64,000 nucleotides of DNA from Sphingomonadales bacterium (GTDB lineage Bacteria; Pseudomonadota; Alphaproteobacteria; Sphingomonadales; G965227345). Every line of letters begins with the position of its first letter. Position 1 is the first letter of the stretch. The translations under genes and the position numbers were made by a program. The stretch spans positions 387,896 to 451,895 of the forward strand of contig OZ245755.1 in NCBI GenBank assembly GCA_965227345.1. Direction: 5' to 3'. Below are positions 60,578 through 64,000 of this stretch, one piece after another. The notes below the pieces were generated by a model. It was not told the origin of the DNA and did no database searches. It saw nothing but the letters and a program-made list of their open reading frames with translations.

Positions 60578-60931
60578 AATACGACCGCCTTTGCAGCAAT
60601 TGTTGATTTTCCTTAATTCCCTGGCAAGGCCCTGCAAATCAGAAATTTTCTGTTCAATCGCGGCAAGATGGCCGTCGGCGATCCGGTCCACAGCCGCACA
60701 ATCCTCCTGGCTCTGAACAGAAAGATCCAGCAATTCGCCAACCTGCTGAAGACTGAAACCAAGATCGCGACAGCGTCGAATGAACCGCAGCCGGTCCTGA
60801 TGCCAGTTATTATAGGCCCGGTAGTTTCCCGCCGTCCGTTCCGGGGCAGCCAAAAGTCCGATTTTTTCATAATAGCGAATTGTCACAACCTTGGTCCCGG
60901 TTGTTTTTGCCATCTCACCAATACTCAACAT
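60542..60931 (-). CDS. MerR-family metal-responsive regulator (CadR/PbrR/ZntR-like)
   Basis: TIRYYEKIGLL, NYRAY, RDLGFSL; Cys in EDCAAV and NCCKGGRILDCRII. Confidence 0.92.
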   Translation of the reverse strand: MLSIGEMAKTTGTKVVTIRYYEKIGLLAAPERTAGNYRAYNNWHQDRLRFIRRCRDLGFSLQQVGELLDLSVQSQEDCAAVDRIADGHLAAIEQKISDLQGLARELRKINNCCKGGRILDCRIIEAFMP

Positions 60932-60939
60932 TTTTACGC

Positions 60940-60970
60940 TTGACCCTATAGTTACTATAGGGATTACGAT
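60940..60970 (+). promoter_or_regulatory. MerR-type promoter/operator of the CDF gene
   Basis: -35 TTGACC, 19-bp spacer, -10 TACGAT; palindrome CCCTATAG-TTA-CTATAGGG (60944-60962). Confidence 0.92.
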
Positions 60971-61000
60971 AGCATAATCATAACGATTACGCGAGGAATC

Positions 61001-61657
61001 ATGAGCACCAGTTGTTGCGGCCCGAACCTTCAGGAAACAAAAAACCTGATACAGGACAAGCGATACCGATATGTCCTGTGTGCTGCGCTGATAATTAATG
61101 CGACAATGTTTCTGGTTGAAATAGTGGCGGGCTGGGCTGCGGGATCAACATCGCTTCAGGCCGACGCGCTCGACTTTCTGGGTGATTCAGCAAACTATGG
61201 TATCAGTCTGTGGGTCGCAGGCATGGCGCTGGCCTATCGTGCCCGGGCCGCCATGGTCAAGGGCATGACCATGGGCTTGTTTGGCGTCTGGGTTATTGGA
61301 TCAGCGGTCTGGCATGCCGTGAATGGCACCATACCTGATGCCACAACCATGGGCGTGACCGGATTGATAGCACTCATCGCCAATACGACAGTCCTGTTTC
61401 TCCTGTGGTCCTGGCGATCAGGTGACAGCAATATGCGATCCGTCTGGTTATGTTCGCGCAATGACGTCATTGCCAATTTTGCGGTTATTCTGGCAGCGTT
61501 TGGTGTGTTCGGCACCCAAACCGGCTGGCCCGATATTATTGTCGCGCTCATCATCTCGGGCCTGGCGCTTGTCGCTTCTTTCGCCATTATTCGTCAGGCG
61601 GCAGAGGAAATGCGCCATACTGCCGGGGCCAGTAACGCCCGCCAGTCACAGGCTTAA
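61001..61657 (+). CDS. Short CDF (CzcD-like) cation efflux protein lacking the C-terminal domain
   Basis: N-terminal [38 protein letters not shown]. Confidence 0.88.
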   Translation: MSTSCCGPNLQETKNLIQDKRYRYVLCAALIINATMFLVEIVAGWAAGSTSLQADALDFLGDSANYGISLWVAGMALAYRARAAMVKGMTMGLFGVWVIGSAVWHAVNGTIPDATTMGVTGLIALIANTTVLFLLWSWRSGDSNMRSVWLCSRNDVIANFAVILAAFGVFGTQTGWPDIIVALIISGLALVASFAIIRQAAEEMRHTAGASNARQSQA

Positions 61658-63816
61658 TAAGGAACGCTTTTGCCCTTGCGCGCGCGGGTCCCGGCCCGGC
61701 CTGCGGTTGATCGCCCGCGTTGCCCGTCATTCGCCTTCCGCAGAGTGCCGCCGATCCCAAGATCATTGGCCTCCAGCTTGCGGATTTCATCACGAATGCG
61801 GGCAGCTTCCTCAAACTCCAGATTACTGGCAGCGTCCAGCATTTTCTTTTCAAGACCGGCAATATAGCTTTTCAGATTGTGACCGACGAGATGCTCATCA
61901 TCCACGCCGGTATCCACCGTGTAATGGTCTTTTTCTGCCACATCCCCCAGAATATCGCCGATCGATTTCCGGATCGATTCGGGCGTAATGCCATGCTTTT
62001 CATTATATGCCGTCTGAATTGACCGGCGCCTGTCCGTTTCATCAATGGCCGCTTTAAGACTTCTGGTCATCTTGTCGGCATAAAGAATAACCCGACCGTC
62101 GACATTTCGCGCAGCCCGCCCGATGGTCTGGATCAGGGATGTTTCCGAGCGCAAAAAGCCTTCCTTGTCGGCGTCCAGAATAGCCACCAGTCCACACTCG
62201 GGAATATCCAGGCCTTCACGCAGCAGATTGATCCCCACAAGAACGTCAAAGACCCCCAGACGCAGATCACGGATAATTTCAATCCGTTCCAGCGTATCGA
62301 TATCCGAATGCATGTACCTCACTTTCAGACCGCTTTCGTGCATATATTCGGTCAGGTCCTCGGCCATCCGCTTGGTCAGGGTGGTCACCAGTACCCGCTG
62401 CCCCCTGTCAGCACATATGCGCGCCTCTGCCAGCAGATCATCCACCTGACTTTCAACAGGCCTGACGATACAAGGCGGGTCAATCAGACCGGTTGGCCGG
62501 ATGACCTGCTCAACGAAGACACCGCCTGATTGCTCCAGCTCCCACGGGCCGGGTGTTGCTGAAACAAATACGGTCTGTGGGCGGGTGACATCCCATTCAC
62601 CAAATTTCAATGGGCGATTGTCAATACACGATGGCAGGCGAAAGCCAAAATCTGCCAGCGTTGATTTGCGCGCAAAATCGCCCCGCTCCATACCACCAAC
62701 CTGAGGCACCGTGACATGGCTTTCATCGGCAAATAACAAGGCATTGTCGGGCAGATATTCAAACAGCGTCGGCGGCGGTGCCCCCGGTGGTCGCCCCGTC
62801 AGGTAACGGGAATAATTCTCGATACCTGCGCAAGAGCCTGTCGCCGCCATCATCTCCAGATCCAGTTGAACCCGCTGTTCCAGACGGGCCGCTTCAACAA
62901 TCTTGCCCTCGGCGTTCAGCTCTTCAAGACGGTGCTTCAGTTCCAGCCTGATGCTTTTTGCCGCCTGATCCAAAGTCGGACGTGGTGTGACATAGTGGCT
63001 GTTGGCATATAGCCGGACATCATTAAGTGACGCGGTTTTCTCACCTGTGAGCGGGTCAAATTCAACAATCGATTCAAGTTCATCCCCAAAGAAGGACAGG
63101 CGCCATGCCCGGTCCTCGTAATGGCTTGGGAAAACCTCGACCACGTCACCACGCACCCGGAATGTACCCCGTTGAAAACCGGCGTCATTGCGCTTGTATT
63201 GCAGCCCGACAAACTGGCGCAGCAATTCCCGCTGCTCATATATTTGTTCGACTTCAAGCTTGATCGTCATGGACGAATAGGCTTCCACCGATCCGATGCC
63301 ATAGATACAGGACACACTGGCCACAATAATCACATCATCGCGCTCAAGCAGGGACCGGGTAGCCGAATGGCGCATACGATCTATCTGCGCGTTAATTGAC
63401 GCCTCTTTCTCGATATAGGTGTCGGACCGGGGGACATAGGCTTCGGGCTGATAATAGTCGTAATAGGAAACAAAATATTCGACCGAATTTTCCGGAAAAA
63501 AGCTTTTCATTTCGCTATATAGCTGTGCGGCCAGCGTTTTATTATGCGCCAGTACCAGCGCGGGGCGCTGCACAGCCTCAATCACCTTGGCCATCGTATA
63601 GGTTTTGCCAGAGCCGGTGACCCCCAGCAGGACCTGATTCTTCTCACCGGTTTCCAGACCGGTCACAAGTTCCCTTATCGCATTCGGCTGGTCCCCTGCC
63701 GGTTCATATTCCGAAACAAGTTTAAACGTCCGTCCGCCTTCCAGTTTTTCAGGAAGCACCGGCCGATGCGGCACAAACATGGGATCAATAACGGCGTCTC
63801 GGATTGATTTTGACAT
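61654..63816 (-). CDS. uvrB: Excinuclease ABC subunit B
   Basis: [56 protein letters not shown]. Confidence 0.97.
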   Translation of the reverse strand: MSKSIRDAVIDPMFVPHRPVLPEKLEGGRTFKLVSEYEPAGDQPNAIRELVTGLETGEKNQVLLGVTGSGKTYTMAKVIEAVQRPALVLAHNKTLAAQLYSEMKSFFPENSVEYFVSYYDYYQPEAYVPRSDTYIEKEASINAQIDRMRHSATRSLLERDDVIIVASVSCIYGIGSVEAYSSMTIKLEVEQIYEQRELLRQFVGLQYKRNDAGFQRGTFRVRGDVVEVFPSHYEDRAWRLSFFGDELESIVEFDPLTGEKTASLNDVRLYANSHYVTPRPTLDQAAKSIRLELKHRLEELNAEGKIVEAARLEQRVQLDLEMMAATGSCAGIENYSRYLTGRPPGAPPPTLFEYLPDNALLFADESHVTVPQVGGMERGDFARKSTLADFGFRLPSCIDNRPLKFGEWDVTRPQTVFVSATPGPWELEQSGGVFVEQVIRPTGLIDPPCIVRPVESQVDDLLAEARICADRGQRVLVTTLTKRMAEDLTEYMHESGLKVRYMHSDIDTLERIEIIRDLRLGVFDVLVGINLLREGLDIPECGLVAILDADKEGFLRSETSLIQTIGRAARNVDGRVILYADKMTRSLKAAIDETDRRRSIQTAYNEKHGITPESIRKSIGDILGDVAEKDHYTVDTGVDDEHLVGHNLKSYIAGLEKKMLDAASNLEFEEAARIRDEIRKLEANDLGIGGTLRKANDGQRGRSTAGRAGTRARKGKSVPY

Positions 63817-63888
63817 TCACGTAATATGGTACAGTTCAGAGCAAATGAAAACGGGGCAAATGGAATTATTCGCGATCATTTTCAGGAT

Positions 63889-63999
63889 TTACTGTTTGTT
63901 GCGGGACAAACCCTCGTAGCCCAGATCACGAGCCACCTGCCCGACGGCACGGCGCAGCAAAAACCGGTCCGGCGCTGATATATAACGTGCCTTTGGTGT
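63889..63999 (-). CDS. 3' end of a gene running off the window (possibly sulfotransferase-like)
   Basis: Open frame TPKARYISAPDRFLLRRAVGQVARDLGYEGLSRNKQ*; an LGY tail is common in sulfotransferases. Confidence 0.35.
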   Translation of the reverse strand, partial: TPKARYISAPDRFLLRRAVGQVARDLGYEGLSRNKQ

Positions 64000-64000
64000 A

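Noticed and set aside
63817-63888. LexA box upstream of uvrB (also looked for upstream of uvrC)
   Set aside because: No GTTC-N7-GTTC or GAAC-N7-GAAC repeat found by eye.

Overview
Chromosomal window of a flagellated alphaproteobacterium. The short ~275-aa flagellins, FlbT/FlaF, FlmG, CtrA boxes and Cle-type regulator point to a Caulobacter-like cell-cycle and flagellar architecture; finer taxonomy cannot be fixed from sequence alone. 1-19 kb is a flagellar locus: flgI-flgJ-chaperone, three sigma54/ftr-controlled flagellins, flaG, flbT-flaF, and an expanded nonulosonic-acid flagellin glycosylation set around FlmG. 19-33 kb holds MoxR/VWA, a Cle-like regulator with an Hpt partner, a TipN/GPR-like polar scaffold convergent with an SpbR-like DUF2336 gene, transporters, cytochrome c2 and tRNA-Pro(CGG). 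33-47 kb is the core block parC-recO-era-rnc-lepB-acpS-pdxJ-pyrE-spoT-rpoZ-folK-udg-smpB-dapA. 47-64 kb holds a bufferin (DUF2282/DUF692/DUF2063/DoxX) RiPP cluster, marR/ilvE, moaE-moaD-pgsA-uvrC, folB, cation transporters, a MerR-CDF cassette and uvrB. No integrase, transposase, prophage or CRISPR array was seen. Best leads: (1) a DARS-like head-to-head DnaA-box element with IHF/Fis-like, CtrA-like and GANTC sites upstream of uvrC; (2) a branched flagellin glycan pathway; (3) a covarying twin-hairpin motif in flagellin 5' leaders; (4) a MoaD whose Gly-Gly terminus is masked by a 9-aa tail; (5) an NrdR-like box at parC. All calls come from reading motifs by eye; no database search was run.
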